Virus record (IMG/VR): IMGVR_UViG_3300037324_000043
Coordinates: 2,660-66,659 of that record
Strand: one strand, 5' to 3'
DNA: 64,000 nt
Source: a virus
This document shows, in pieces, positions 39,791 through 49,860 of the stretch. Both the position numbers and the translations under genes were made by a program. The notes beneath the pieces are model-generated. The model was given only the letters and a program-made list of their open reading frames with translations, ran no database searches and was not told where the DNA came from. The stretch's first letter is position 1. Every line of letters begins with the position of its first letter.

Positions 39791-42123
39791 TACATGGCTA
39801 TTTTAGAAACGGAACCGCTATTGTTATACACAGTAAAAGGAACGGTCATTCGTTTTTGTTCAACATATTTTTTTATTGTCCGTCTTTGGTTCCCGACGTC
39901 AGCTAAACTAGCTCCAATATATGCATCAAATTTAGTTCTATTACTCGTATCAACTTCTTTATACTGATATAAAGTTCGTGTAAATGGCATATCTCCCATT
40001 TCACCCATTAATCGATAAGAATTATCTCTAGCAACACCCACATGATCTTCTATGTAAGCTTCTGTAGCGTAAAACTGCGCTTCTCCAATTTTGGTATCTT
40101 GTTGTGGTGCTCCACCAAACTCCTGCTCAGTAGGGGATAAATTAATCCATCCTTTTTTAAACGGATTATTCATACTAAAATGACGAAAGCCCCATTCTTT
40201 TATATTAGCTAAAAATCTTTCGTTTGATAGTTCTGATAAAAAAGGCATGCTGTAATAAATAGAAGCCATAATTACATCTTCAAAAAACTGTTCAACTTTT
40301 TTAGGTCTGTCTATGTATTCTAAAATTTGAGTATTATTTGGTAAACTCTCGCACGTATGGGTTTTAGTTTTTAAAATGATAGCTCCATTTGAGCCTCTTC
40401 CGTCTGCATTTTTACTCCTGTTATAAGGGTCAACTCCAAGTGTTCCAATGTGTCCTGCCAGTGGTGAATTAGCTAGTATTCCTCCATTTTTACGAACCAT
40501 CTCATATTTATTCCTAAACTCTTTTGGAGGATGGCAACCTAGCTTGATAAAGAAACGCCCTTTTTCTGGGTCTGGATTCCATCTAACTGTTCCAAACCGA
40601 ATACCGTCCACCCAAGAAAGATTACCCCTCTCTACGCCTGCATTACCTTTCCAAGTTCCGCTTTCGCTGTTATAAGTATCTTCAAGCTCCCATTTGTTAT
40701 GCTCAATCTGTTCATCTATTTTAATCTCATTAAACTCGCAATCACCACTTTCATTTCTAAATGCATCCTGTACAGTATCAGGATTTTGACGCATAAATTC
40801 GTTTAAATCTTCTGGGTCGTTTTTAAGCGCTTCAATTGAGTTTGCTAAAAAGCTTATGGCGCCAGTTTCTACATAAACGCCTTCATCTGTTTTTATGGGT
40901 TTTTTAGGGTCTTCTAGTATTGAAAATCCATACTCATCAAACATACCCTCAAGGCAATATTTTGAAGGAACAAATATTCGATAAAGTCCTGATTTTGTTT
41001 GTCCGTTAAGATCGCGCTCCCTGCAATCGCTTTGATCCCATATTTTTTTATACTCAGAACCTCCTTTTTTAAGTGAGTTTACAGTAGAGACAACCATAGA
41101 TTTACCAGTGATTATAACTCCTTTTCTGTGTGAAGTTTTTACAATAGGCCAATATTTAGAAAAAGGAACATCTTTTGGATATTTTCCAGATTCATCAAGA
41201 AGTGATCTAAAAATAGCATCACCGTCCATTGCATTAATATCGGTGTTGTGCCATTCAACCATTGTTCCAAGTCCGTTACCCATTGAGACTGAAGCTCCAA
41301 CAGATTTACGTTTTGTAGTCTCTTCAAGGTTTAGTTTTTTCTTAGGCGTATTAGTTCCATCCCATACAGGCCTAAAGAAAGAAGGAAGTCTTTTAAAAGC
41401 TGTAATGTAACGTCTAAATATTTTACTAGCATCATCTCCTTTTTTAGAGATCATTCCAAGCAATTTATCTTCATGCAAAGTAGCTGCTTCTAGCATTTCA
41501 AATATCGCTAAAAGGGAAGCTCCCATACGTCTATTTTTCACATACTGCATTCCAAAACATCTACGGTCAGCCTTGCAAGCTTCCCAGAATATCATAAGCT
41601 CACTTTGGATAACTCTAAAATTAGGGTGCTCAGCTATCTCCCTTACCCATTGAATACCAAACCAATAAGTACCGGTCATATAAATAGGCAATCCTTTGAG
41701 GTATATCCAAACGCCTTGCTCTCTATTTTTGTATTGCTCATCAATATAAGATTGATGCTTTTTAAATAACTTCTCTAAATAGGAGTCAATTTGATCTTGT
41801 TTTTTTTGAGCTGTTCCCGTAAATTTTGAGGTTATAGCATCTATGCTATTGTACTCTAATTCAGCAGGTTTTTTTTCACGATAAAACTTTTGCTGAGAAT
41901 CAATTTTTTCATGATTAACTATATACTTTTTATTAGGCATTTCAGGAAGTCCAATCTTTAAGCCTTCGATTTCATAGACTTCGCCAAGCGTACCATCTTT
42001 GGAAATAATTACAACATCGTGTTCTTTGTTGTAACCATAACTCCAAGACTTAAGCTTATTTAAAATCTTTTTATCTTTGGCTGTGATCTTTAGCTCTACC
42101 TTATGTCCTAAGTAATGTATCAT
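39790..42123 (-). CDS. terL: terminase large subunit
   Basis: YVKNRRMGAS (Walker A-like), LLDESGK (Walker B), GVDPY nuclease motif, KFDAYI. Confidence 0.9.
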   Translation of the reverse strand: MIHYLGHKVELKITAKDKKILNKLKSWSYGYNKEHDVVIISKDGTLGEVYEIEGLKIGLPEMPNKKYIVNHEKIDSQQKFYREKKPAELEYNSIDAITSKFTGTAQKKQDQIDSYLEKLFKKHQSYIDEQYKNREQGVWIYLKGLPIYMTGTYWFGIQWVREIAEHPNFRVIQSELMIFWEACKADRRCFGMQYVKNRRMGASLLAIFEMLEAATLHEDKLLGMISKKGDDASKIFRRYITAFKRLPSFFRPVWDGTNTPKKKLNLEETTKRKSVGASVSMGNGLGTMVEWHNTDINAMDGDAIFRSLLDESGKYPKDVPFSKYWPIVKTSHRKGVIITGKSMVVSTVNSLKKGGSEYKKIWDQSDCRERDLNGQTKSGLYRIFVPSKYCLEGMFDEYGFSILEDPKKPIKTDEGVYVETGAISFLANSIEALKNDPEDLNEFMRQNPDTVQDAFRNESGDCEFNEIKIDEQIEHNKWELEDTYNSESGTWKGNAGVERGNLSWVDGIRFGTVRWNPDPEKGRFFIKLGCHPPKEFRNKYEMVRKNGGILANSPLAGHIGTLGVDPYNRSKNADGRGSNGAIILKTKTHTCESLPNNTQILEYIDRPKKVEQFFEDVIMASIYYSMPFLSELSNERFLANIKEWGFRHFSMNNPFKKGWINLSPTEQEFGGAPQQDTKIGEAQFYATEAYIEDHVGVARDNSYRLMGEMGDMPFTRTLYQYKEVDTSNRTKFDAYIGASLADVGNQRRTIKKYVEQKRMTVPFTVYNNSGSVSKIAM

Positions 42124-42465
42124 TTAGTTTCTGGCTCTTTTTTTAGTTGGGTGTAGATATCCTTCTTTTTCTTCTTTTTTTTCTTCAGTAGTATTGTCTT
42201 TTTGAGATTCCTGAGATTCCTTTACATGGTGCTCAAGGCTTTCTATTTTGGTTAGAAAAAGATCAACTTGATCCAAGGCAACACTTCTCTTTTTTATTTT
42301 CTCAAGCTTCTTTTGTTCAGTTTCTTCTTTATCATCTTCGCTAATATATTCCTGCTTGTTTTCATCAAAGATTTTAAACACATCGTCAATTAATGATTTG
42401 TATTTTTCAATCAAATTCAATGTTTTTTCCTTTCGATATTCTTTTACGTCAGCATCGTTTTTCAT
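42124..42465 (-). CDS. possible terminase small subunit
   Basis: Helical charged 113-aa ORF directly upstream of TerL; positional inference only. Confidence 0.4.
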   Translation of the reverse strand: MKNDADVKEYRKEKTLNLIEKYKSLIDDVFKIFDENKQEYISEDDKEETEQKKLEKIKKRSVALDQVDLFLTKIESLEHHVKESQESQKDNTTEEKKEEKEGYLHPTKKRARN

Positions 42466-43088
42466 ACGGCTTCTTTTAAAGGCTTACCTAAAGCATGATG
42501 ATTCTTAATCCACATAAATTTCTGATCACGAATTGTAATATCAATAGCGGTAAATTCTTGATTATAAATTAAATCACCTTCATTAATTCCTTGACTTCTT
42601 GACTCTTTATTCGATATCATCACTCTAAGAAGAGGAGTTTGATCGGTATTTTTTCTACTCATATCTGGAATAAATATGGAGCCTATCTTTTCTATTTTCT
42701 CCTCTTTCTCTTTTGGCTCATATTTTTCGCAAATAAGATTATCTCCAAACGCTTTAAATTCAGTTCCTTCTTCCATAGAGTAGCAAATAATTAATCGAGG
42801 ATCAACTTTGTAGTGTTTTTTTTCTCGATTAACAAGGTTTTGATTTTGCTCTTCGCCATGTTTCTGGAAGGTTTGGTTATGCACAACAATAGGATCTACC
42901 AAAACTCTAAAGCCTGGCTTTATATTTCCTTTATAATCCATAGGAACATTAATAACTTCAAAAACATTATTAGCAAGATCCTTGCCCGAAAAGTTTTTGT
43001 CAAGTTTTATTTCGACACCACTTTTAGTTTTAACACCTCCCTTGTAACGCTCTGGTATATGTACTATGAAATCTTTGTGTGCTTGCAT
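42462..43088 (-). CDS. tandem GroES-like protein
   Basis: Two GroES-like halves (KTKSGVEI...IKPGFRV; KIGSIFIPD...GINEGDLI). Confidence 0.55.
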   Translation of the reverse strand: MQAHKDFIVHIPERYKGGVKTKSGVEIKLDKNFSGKDLANNVFEVINVPMDYKGNIKPGFRVLVDPIVVHNQTFQKHGEEQNQNLVNREKKHYKVDPRLIICYSMEEGTEFKAFGDNLICEKYEPKEKEEKIEKIGSIFIPDMSRKNTDQTPLLRVMISNKESRSQGINEGDLIYNQEFTAIDITIRDQKFMWIKNHHALGKPLKEAV

Positions 43089-43125
43089 TGCTTTATGATT
43101 AGTTTGTAGTAGTTATTATTTTATA

Positions 43126-43629
43126 TTAACGTTTTTTCTCATTGTCAGAACTTCCAAAAAAGAAACCAAATATTGATAAAGCTACACCTTCAACTATTCC
43201 AATAAGATGTATGAATATTTCCTTGTTTGATGAAGGAATGTCTAAAAAGACGATTGAATACACAACAAAGGCAAAAACACCTAAGCCAATAAATCCAGAT
43301 ACGTTGTACAATATGTCTGGATTTCCAGATTTAGAAATTTCAATTTGTCTTTTTCTTGCTGAATCTCTATCAGCAGCTTCGGCTTCGTATTGTTGAATGT
43401 CTAATTTTGCTTGAAAATTAAGCATCTTTTTATCTTCTTCAGATATGTCTGGCGAATCATTTATTTGATTTACCAAATCGCCTAAACCCTTGATACCTGT
43501 AAAGCTTCCAGCAAGCTGCAAAAGCTCTGGAGCAACTTTAGTTCCCTTTTCAACTAACCAACGAATGCTATCACCAACTCTTGAAGTGCCGTTTTTATCT
43601 TTGTAAGATTGTTTTTTTGGATCTACCAT
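43126..43629 (-). CDS. holin-like membrane protein
   Basis: Two C-terminal TM helices ending IFGFFFGSS; lysis cluster. Confidence 0.55.
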   Translation of the reverse strand: MVDPKKQSYKDKNGTSRVGDSIRWLVEKGTKVAPELLQLAGSFTGIKGLGDLVNQINDSPDISEEDKKMLNFQAKLDIQQYEAEAADRDSARKRQIEISKSGNPDILYNVSGFIGLGVFAFVVYSIVFLDIPSSNKEIFIHLIGIVEGVALSIFGFFFGSSDNEKKR

Positions 43630-44069
43630 GTTCTGTTTCTGGATATATCGATGTGAATAAAATTTTTGGACAAGTAATGCTTATATCCACCAATCCAAGT
43701 GTTTTTCAATAAATTGGATAAGTAGGTCATTTTGCCTTCATCCTCAGTGGTTATATCATTACCCTCAGACAAATGAGTACTGTCACCGCTTCGCCCTTTG
43801 CTTAACTCATGTCTTAGCGTACGTTTACCGCAGGTAATAAAGAAAGGGAAACCACACTCAGTTCTGTAAGGCTGCATAGCCCAAAGAATAGATAAGTTTT
43901 GTTGTTGCTCCGCTGTGCTTTGCTCTTCGAACTCAGCTAAAATTAGTTCCCTATCTGAATTAGTAACTACTGAGTAATCTCCGTAATTAAGATATTCGCG
44001 TACCGTAAAATTCTCAGGAGTTAATAGCTTATCTTCTAATGCTTGTAATCTTTCATCAATGGATTTCAT
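43623..44069 (-). CDS. endolysin, peptidase M15 family
   Basis: ITCGKR...STH....GNDI...FIHIDI zinc-peptidase pattern. Confidence 0.75.
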   Translation of the reverse strand: MKSIDERLQALEDKLLTPENFTVREYLNYGDYSVVTNSDRELILAEFEEQSTAEQQQNLSILWAMQPYRTECGFPFFITCGKRTLRHELSKGRSGDSTHLSEGNDITTEDEGKMTYLSNLLKNTWIGGYKHYLSKNFIHIDISRNRTW

Positions 44070-44611
44070 AATTTAAATAATTTTTGAAGCTTGTTTGTTA
44101 TTCCCTTTTCGATTGTTTTTGAAATATTATCGAATAAAGTAAAGTACTTAGGTTTTTCTTTATAGATAGTCTCTAAATTCCTTCCTATGCTTCCAAACTC
44201 ATATAAGCAAATCATTATATTAATGGCAACCGTGAGGTATAAAAAAAGTTTATATAAATCGTTTAGGTTTAGAGCAATAAATAAAAAGCAGAATATTGTT
44301 AAACAAAGCATTAAGATAATTACACAAAAAAACTTCCAAAAACTCTTGCAAAGTTTATCTCCTGTAATGGGTATATTGTTTTTTCTTGAAGCTGATATTC
44401 CGAGTATAAAATCAACAGCGTATAAAATAAAGAAGGCGAAGATTCCAAAAGCGACTACCACTAATGGCATGATAAGCTCTTTATTTTCTACACCTTTAAA
44501 AATAATGTTGAACAGCTTGGTTATTCCCCAGCTTGGAGCTAAAGCCATTACCAACAACGCTCCATTATGAAAATCTAAGATTTTTTCTAAGTAATTATTG
44601 GAGCTGTTCAT
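44066..44611 (-). CDS. holin
   Basis: Several TM helices; DFILGI...YEFGSIGRNL pattern; upstream of endolysin. Confidence 0.7.
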   Translation of the reverse strand: MNSSNNYLEKILDFHNGALLVMALAPSWGITKLFNIIFKGVENKELIMPLVVVAFGIFAFFILYAVDFILGISASRKNNIPITGDKLCKSFWKFFCVIILMLCLTIFCFLFIALNLNDLYKLFLYLTVAINIMICLYEFGSIGRNLETIYKEKPKYFTLFDNISKTIEKGITNKLQKLFKL

Positions 44612-44614
44612 TCT

Positions 44615-44752
44615 TTATTTTTTTAACATTTTTTTAATCTTGTTGTTCTCTGTTCTGGCAAATGTTGCCTTAGAAGTTTCCATTGAAGGAATTGATGTAC
44701 CGTAATACTTTTTTCCTCCATAAGTCCAGCTTACTCTTGTACCTTTTTTCAT
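44615..44752 (-). CDS. small basic protein (45 aa)
   Basis: Hand-translated MKKGTRVSWTYGGKKYYGT...; ATGA-coupled. Confidence 0.55.
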   Translation of the reverse strand: MKKGTRVSWTYGGKKYYGTSIPSMETSKATFARTENNKIKKMLKK

Positions 44753-44961
44753 ATTTCATTATCATTATTCCAATTATTTGGTAGACTCTCTACCAAGATC
44801 ATGTTACTCTCGTAACTATCATGCTTCAAAATTGCAAAGCCTTGACCATTTTTATTTCTTATAACGTTCTCCCATCTAACAGTATAAGATTTGTATTTTT
44901 CTCCAAGTGTTACTTGGTAGTTATAGGCTAGACAAGCCGTTTTAGTTCCTATGTAGTACAT
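44749..44961 (-). CDS. small fibre-associated protein
   Basis: 70 aa following lectin gene; ends VESLPNNW. Confidence 0.55.
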   Translation of the reverse strand: MYYIGTKTACLAYNYQVTLGEKYKSYTVRWENVIRNKNGQGFAILKHDSYESNMILVESLPNNWNNDNEI

Positions 44962-44962
44962 A

Positions 44963-45847
44963 TTAAGTTATTTGATTTTGTTGTATTTCAACAATATCAT
45001 CGTCTAAATTATCAGCCACATAAATTTCTGAGATTTGACCGTGCCATAGTGCAGCAGCCACATTATTACTCAAAACACATCCGATTGTTACATCTGCGCT
45101 TGAATCAAATAGCGAATTTGGAGGCCCTGCACCTATATTACTTCCTTGCATAACAGAACCGTTAACATATATAACTACAGTTCCCGCATCAAAAGTAAAT
45201 CCTATACTTTGTAAATTTTCTGGATCTATTGAATTATCAGAAATCCAAGCACCTCCAAACCTTCCATTTTCAGGATTTCCAAAATTAATTTGTAATTTTT
45301 TGTCATTTCCTATTAAAATAGCCCAAGACCTTTCGTCTTGTCCTGAGCCGTATTGGCCCATGATATACTGATTACTTCCAATATTAGATTCAGAATTTTG
45401 AGCTACTACAGAAACCTGTAATTTATTCGTTGGCGTACAAAAATCAACAGCAGCTCGGCGTAAATGGTTATTTGTTCCGTTATAGGAAAATGTCGGCTTT
45501 CCATTGGCAAGTATAACAGAACCATTAGTAACTATTTTTGGCTGTGAAGCTGCTGAACTTTGTGAAAAGTCTCTACCGTTTCCTGTTTGATCCTTAAAAT
45601 CTACACTGAACCCGTCACCACTACCCGTAAAGCTTAATAATGAAGTTTGGTCAAGTTCGTTATCTGCAAAGCCTATTCCTAACTGGTCTGAATTATCATT
45701 CCTGACTACTGTAGAATCATCTGCATAATTTGCCTTAAGCTTTCTATGCGATGCAGCAAATGAGCCGTTAGGAAATAAATCTAACATTCCTTGAAAGCCA
45801 GATCCTAAAAATCTATTCTTATTCAAACCCATTCCTATTCCTAGCAT
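44963..45847 (-). CDS. LamG/ConA-like fibre or receptor-binding protein
   Basis: DQTGNGRD.SQ; IGFTFD..TVVIYVNG; VTIG; WHGQISEIYV. Confidence 0.7.
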   Translation of the reverse strand: MLGIGMGLNKNRFLGSGFQGMLDLFPNGSFAASHRKLKANYADDSTVVRNDNSDQLGIGFADNELDQTSLLSFTGSGDGFSVDFKDQTGNGRDFSQSSAASQPKIVTNGSVILANGKPTFSYNGTNNHLRRAAVDFCTPTNKLQVSVVAQNSESNIGSNQYIMGQYGSGQDERSWAILIGNDKKLQINFGNPENGRFGGAWISDNSIDPENLQSIGFTFDAGTVVIYVNGSVMQGSNIGAGPPNSLFDSSADVTIGCVLSNNVAAALWHGQISEIYVADNLDDDIVEIQQNQIT

Positions 45848-45853
45848 AGCAAT

Positions 45854-46141
45854 TTATTTTGTAGGGTAACAAGCCAAGATGCCGACTACCTGTGTGATTT
45901 TATAAAAAGGACCAGATATAACATCGCCTTTGTCTAAATTCCAAGTAAACTCTTCGTCATACTTTCCCCTTAGCTTACAAGCAAAAGAGCTATTGTTTTT
46001 TCCAGATTTAATAAAGGCAAAATCAACTTTATCTCCAGGTACTTTGTCGGCACTTTTTTCTCCTGTTAAAAGCTTAACAATTCCGTATTGGCCTGTTGTC
46101 GCTTGATGAAATACGTCTGGACTTGCTATAGCATTTGACAT
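45854..46141 (-). CDS. fibre adaptor-like protein, paralog of N-terminus of 46426..47553
   Basis: MSNAIASPDVFHQATTGQYGIVKLLTG shared. Confidence 0.7.
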   Translation of the reverse strand: MSNAIASPDVFHQATTGQYGIVKLLTGEKSADKVPGDKVDFAFIKSGKNNSSFACKLRGKYDEEFTWNLDKGDVISGPFYKITQVVGILACYPTK

Positions 46142-46211
46142 GGTGTTTTTATTTAATTGTTGTTTATAATTCTAAATCTTTGAACCAATCTTTTGGAATT
46201 TTATTCCATTT

Positions 46212-46415
46212 CTATTCTGTTAATTCTTGTTCAACATATTCGCCCCCGTTTTCTTCAATAAAAGCTATCCAATCTTCTTTTTCAGAAAAGGTATGTATTG
46301 TCATTTTTGAACTTACACCGGAATTTTCTGTTATCTCGCTATAAATTAATACAGAATTATTTTCTTTTTTTGCTACCCAAAAAGGTTTGGTAAAATCATT
46401 ATGTGTATTTATCAT
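46212..46415 (-). CDS. small fibre-associated protein
   Basis: 67 aa directly after DUF285 gene. Confidence 0.55.
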   Translation of the reverse strand: MINTHNDFTKPFWVAKKENNSVLIYSEITENSGVSSKMTIHTFSEKEDWIAFIEENGGEYVEQELTE

Positions 46416-46425
46416 ATCCTAAATA

Positions 46426-47553
46426 TTATACTAATCCACCATCCGTTAAAACGCCGTTGTATGTATTAATCCATATATCTCTTCCTTCTGTTGCACTACT
46501 ATTATATTTAATAGTTCCTGCTGAAAATGTTACGTTTTGTTGTAATGTTAATTGTGGCCAATTTTCGTAAATAGCTGTTAGATTTTCTGTTGATAGGTTA
46601 GAATCTCTAAACATATCATTCATATTTGTTGCATTAGCAACATTCCAAGTGTTTAAAGGCTGATTAAATAGATTTGCACCTCTAAACATTTCTGACATAT
46701 CAATGACATTACTAACATTCCAAGTGTTAATCGCTTGGTTAAATGAAGTAGCAACATAAAACATTCTATTCATATCAGTAACTTGACTAACATCCCAATT
46801 TGAGACATTTGGGTTTGCTAAATCTGTATCGAAAAACAAAAGTACCATAGATGTAACACTACCAACATTCCAGTAATAAACATCTGGATTTGCTACTTTT
46901 GCACTACGAAACATTTGATTCATATCAGTAACATTGCCAACATTCCAATTAGATAGTGGTTGGTCAAAAGATCTTGCCTCTCTAAACATACTTCTCATAT
47001 TAGTAACATTACTTACATCCCAAGTGTTAATTGCTTGATTAAAAGTATTAGCATCACGAAATAAACTGCTCATGTCAGTAACTAATGTAGTGCATACGCT
47101 AGTATAATCAAAAGTGTTAACATTCAACGCTCTTAGTTGTGCTTCGTCTACAGCCGTATAAATTTTACCACTATTATCACCATCTACCTTACCGCTTGAA
47201 CCTGCTGGAAAATTATCTTTCAAAATTACAGTCACCCCATTTTCAGCTAGGTAAAATGGGTTTTTTTTGATACTGCTTTTAGATTTTAAAGGGTAACAGT
47301 CAAGTACGCCAACTACGTCTCTAATATTATAAAAAGGACCTAAAATAGAATCACCTTTATCTAAATTCCAAGTAAATGTTTGATCGTATTTACCTCCAAG
47401 ATCAGCCTTAAAAGAGCTGTTTTTTTCACCAGATTTGATAGAAAAGAAATTAACTCCTAAATCACTTAGCTGTCCAGTTAAAAGCTTAACAATCCCATAC
47501 TGGCCTGTTGTTGCTTGATGATATACGTCTGGACTTGCTATGGCATTTGACAT
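46426..47553 (-). CDS. DUF285/BspA-like repeat protein with fibre-adaptor N-terminus
   Basis: About six 25-aa repeats W[DN]VS.VT.M..MF...FNQ. Confidence 0.85.
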   Translation of the reverse strand: MSNAIASPDVYHQATTGQYGIVKLLTGQLSDLGVNFFSIKSGEKNSSFKADLGGKYDQTFTWNLDKGDSILGPFYNIRDVVGVLDCYPLKSKSSIKKNPFYLAENGVTVILKDNFPAGSSGKVDGDNSGKIYTAVDEAQLRALNVNTFDYTSVCTTLVTDMSSLFRDANTFNQAINTWDVSNVTNMRSMFREARSFDQPLSNWNVGNVTDMNQMFRSAKVANPDVYYWNVGSVTSMVLLFFDTDLANPNVSNWDVSQVTDMNRMFYVATSFNQAINTWNVSNVIDMSEMFRGANLFNQPLNTWNVANATNMNDMFRDSNLSTENLTAIYENWPQLTLQQNVTFSAGTIKYNSSATEGRDIWINTYNGVLTDGGLV

Positions 47554-47577
47554 GGTGTTTTTATTTAATTGTTATTG

Positions 47578-48555
47578 TTAAGCTGATTTTAAATCACCTC
47601 TTACTGCTACTTCATTAACGCCTATAACTTCCAGTTCAACCCAACTGTATCGACTAGCTATTGATAATAACTTGCCTTCTGGAAATCTTAAAATAACTGG
47701 ATTTTCTACGTTATCATTATCTTCATCTTGCCCTCTAAAAGAAACTTCTCCCGTACCCCATCGAGCAAATAAAAACTTTGTACCTATTGGAGTATTGGAT
47801 TTTACAACACAAGATATTGCTGAGTTTGAAGTAAAAAGTGGTGCTATATTTTTATTGCTTTCTTCAAATAAATAAGTGGTTACTGTTGTTTTTTGCTTAG
47901 CAACAAAGCCTGAATCATCGTATTCATTTGGTAATAATTCTAGATTATCTTCTGTTATGTTTGTACCGTTTAATGAATAATCTCCCTCTGATCCTTTGTA
48001 TAAAAAATGAACAACTTCCCCTCTTATTAAAACCTGAAATACTGTAGAAATTACACCTGAATCATCAATAATAATACTTTCAGATAAAGAGTTTATATGA
48101 TCAATTAAAGATGTACTACCTATATCTTGAAAATTATAGATCACTGTGTTTTCGTCTTGTAAAACACTGTTCACACTTACTCCACTCATGTAGATTAGAA
48201 GTAAATTTTCTTTTTTTATTTCTAGCCCTCCATTACCGTAAATTCCTATTGTTAGTTGACTTCTATTGGTTTTAGTTATTAGCTTGTATATTTTTGTTCT
48301 TTGGGGAACCCCTCTTTCGATTATTCTGAAAAGAGAGTTTGAAGGATTTAGTATTTCAAAGGGATTCTGCGTGTTAATTGCCTGCGTTACATCATTATTT
48401 TCACGTTGAATAAAAGTAAATATCTCAGAATTTGAAGATAATATTTCAAATATTTTACTGGCGCTAAATAGTGCGTCTTCTTTATCTTTATCAAATCCAT
48501 AAAAATAAGATTCTGATTTTAATTCTTTTATTGGAGCTTCATTAGATAAAGGCAT
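47578..48555 (-). CDS. putative fibre/structural protein
   Basis: C-terminal GTKF...GTGEVSF...RGDL pattern; first gene of fibre cluster behind promoter 48593-48600. Confidence 0.55.
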   Translation of the reverse strand: MPLSNEAPIKELKSESYFYGFDKDKEDALFSASKIFEILSSNSEIFTFIQRENNDVTQAINTQNPFEILNPSNSLFRIIERGVPQRTKIYKLITKTNRSQLTIGIYGNGGLEIKKENLLLIYMSGVSVNSVLQDENTVIYNFQDIGSTSLIDHINSLSESIIIDDSGVISTVFQVLIRGEVVHFLYKGSEGDYSLNGTNITEDNLELLPNEYDDSGFVAKQKTTVTTYLFEESNKNIAPLFTSNSAISCVVKSNTPIGTKFLFARWGTGEVSFRGQDEDNDNVENPVILRFPEGKLLSIASRYSWVELEVIGVNEVAVRGDLKSA

Positions 48556-48658
48556 AACTATATTTTTAATAGTTTAAAACTATATTATACTACAAAAATA
48601 TAAATTAAATCTATACTAAATGAACATTAAACTTATATTTGGTATAAATTTTTACTTT

Positions 48659-49279
48659 ATGAAGAAGACAAAATCAAAAATAGTTGGTGTAGCCAAACAA
48701 GTTTTAAGCGAGAAAACAATTTCCGTAGTAAAAGAGCATAAAGCTGATATAAAACTTTCAGGCACAAACGAATACGCTAAGGCTAAATACTCTAGTAAAA
48801 ACGAAAAACAAAAATTAATCTTTACTTCTGGAAAAGATCTTCTTCAGTACAGCATTGTAGTTCGGCCATACATACTCCGAAAGCACAGAATAAAAAATAA
48901 TTTTGAGCTTGATATTTTGCTCTATCTTTTTCCAATACAGTATTTTTCAAGACGTGATTTTAAAGTTTTACCTACGATAAATGAAGGCTATCACTTGACT
49001 ACTTTAATTGATTTAAATTATATTGAAGTAGTGGTACATCACCATAAGGGAGCAAATAGTAACCTTTATGGATTAACTGAACGTGCTAAAAAGATAGTAA
49101 AAGACTATTATGAATATTTATCTGGAGAAAAAACAGTAAATCCCTCAAGTTACACAAACCCCTTTGCAGATAGTGACGCTAGTAAAGTTGATGGTCTTCG
49201 CCAAAAATTACTAAACAAACTTACCAGGCAAACTAAAACACAACCTAGCTTATTCAGAAAAAGCCTTTACGATTTCTAA
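48659..49279 (+). CDS. winged-helix (MarR-like) regulator
   Basis: FELDILLYL...LIDLNYIE...YGLTERAKKIV; promoter TATATTTG 48634-48641; divergent from late genes. Confidence 0.55.
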   Translation: MKKTKSKIVGVAKQVLSEKTISVVKEHKADIKLSGTNEYAKAKYSSKNEKQKLIFTSGKDLLQYSIVVRPYILRKHRIKNNFELDILLYLFPIQYFSRRDFKVLPTINEGYHLTTLIDLNYIEVVVHHHKGANSNLYGLTERAKKIVKDYYEYLSGEKTVNPSSYTNPFADSDASKVDGLRQKLLNKLTRQTKTQPSLFRKSLYDF

Positions 49280-49281
49280 AT

Positions 49282-49314
49282 AAAAAAGCCCTTTACATTT
49301 CTGCAAAGGGCTTT
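49282..49314. terminator. intrinsic terminator between convergent genes
   Basis: AAAAAAGCCCTTT...AAAGGGCTTT. Confidence 0.7.
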
Positions 49315-49334
49315 ACCTGTCGGGTAATTAAACT

Positions 49335-49847
49335 TTAAATAGAGACTAATCTACGAGCAATAACTTTATTGTTTTCTTTAGTTTCTTGTATTTTAACAAG
49401 AGGTACAAATGTAACAGCTTCCGCTACTTGGTCATGTTGTTGTGTCGTAATTTGAACAACACACCCAACGCCTTCTATTTCCATTGCTTTTGTACTCTTC
49501 ATCCATCCTTCATCTTTAGATGATGCTTTTCCAATTAATTTAAAATTGTCACCGTTACCCCAAAAAACTATGTCTCTAACGTTTTTTTTTGCTCCGTTAC
49601 TGTCTGTGTTTCCTAATGATTTGCCCGTTTTTATTATTTCTTCTAAGTTATCCTCAAAATAAGCCTTCGCAACAAGCCATTGGTCTTCATGATTTTTTGG
49701 ATTTCTAGCAATCATATCGCCAAGCTTAGGAGATCCTGCTTTTAGGTCTGCATCGCTAATCGATACTTTGCTGTTTAGCATTTCGCCTTCTTCGTAATCC
49801 CTCATTTCACTTACACTTTTTCTTCTGTACTGTTTAAATTCACTCAT
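49335..49847 (-). CDS. two-domain hypothetical phage protein
   Basis: KQYRRK...GDMIARNPKNHEDQWLV then GWMKSTKAMEI..GCVVQ. Confidence 0.7.
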   Translation of the reverse strand: MSEFKQYRRKSVSEMRDYEEGEMLNSKVSISDADLKAGSPKLGDMIARNPKNHEDQWLVAKAYFEDNLEEIIKTGKSLGNTDSNGAKKNVRDIVFWGNGDNFKLIGKASSKDEGWMKSTKAMEIEGVGCVVQITTQQHDQVAEAVTFVPLVKIQETKENNKVIARRLVSI

Positions 49848-49860
49848 TTTAATTATGGTT

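Larger units (their letters stand above)
46070..47573. repeat. direct repeat pair (about 46070-46161 and 47481-47573) covering start and upstream region of the two fibre paralogs
   Basis: 31-nt identical core GCATTTGACATGGTGTTTTTATTTAATTGTT at 46131-46161 and 47543-47573. Confidence 0.85.

Noticed and set aside
44963-47553. Diversity-generating retroelement or invertible fibre locus
   Set aside because: No reverse transcriptase or invertase nearby; repeats are direct and differences are not adenine-specific
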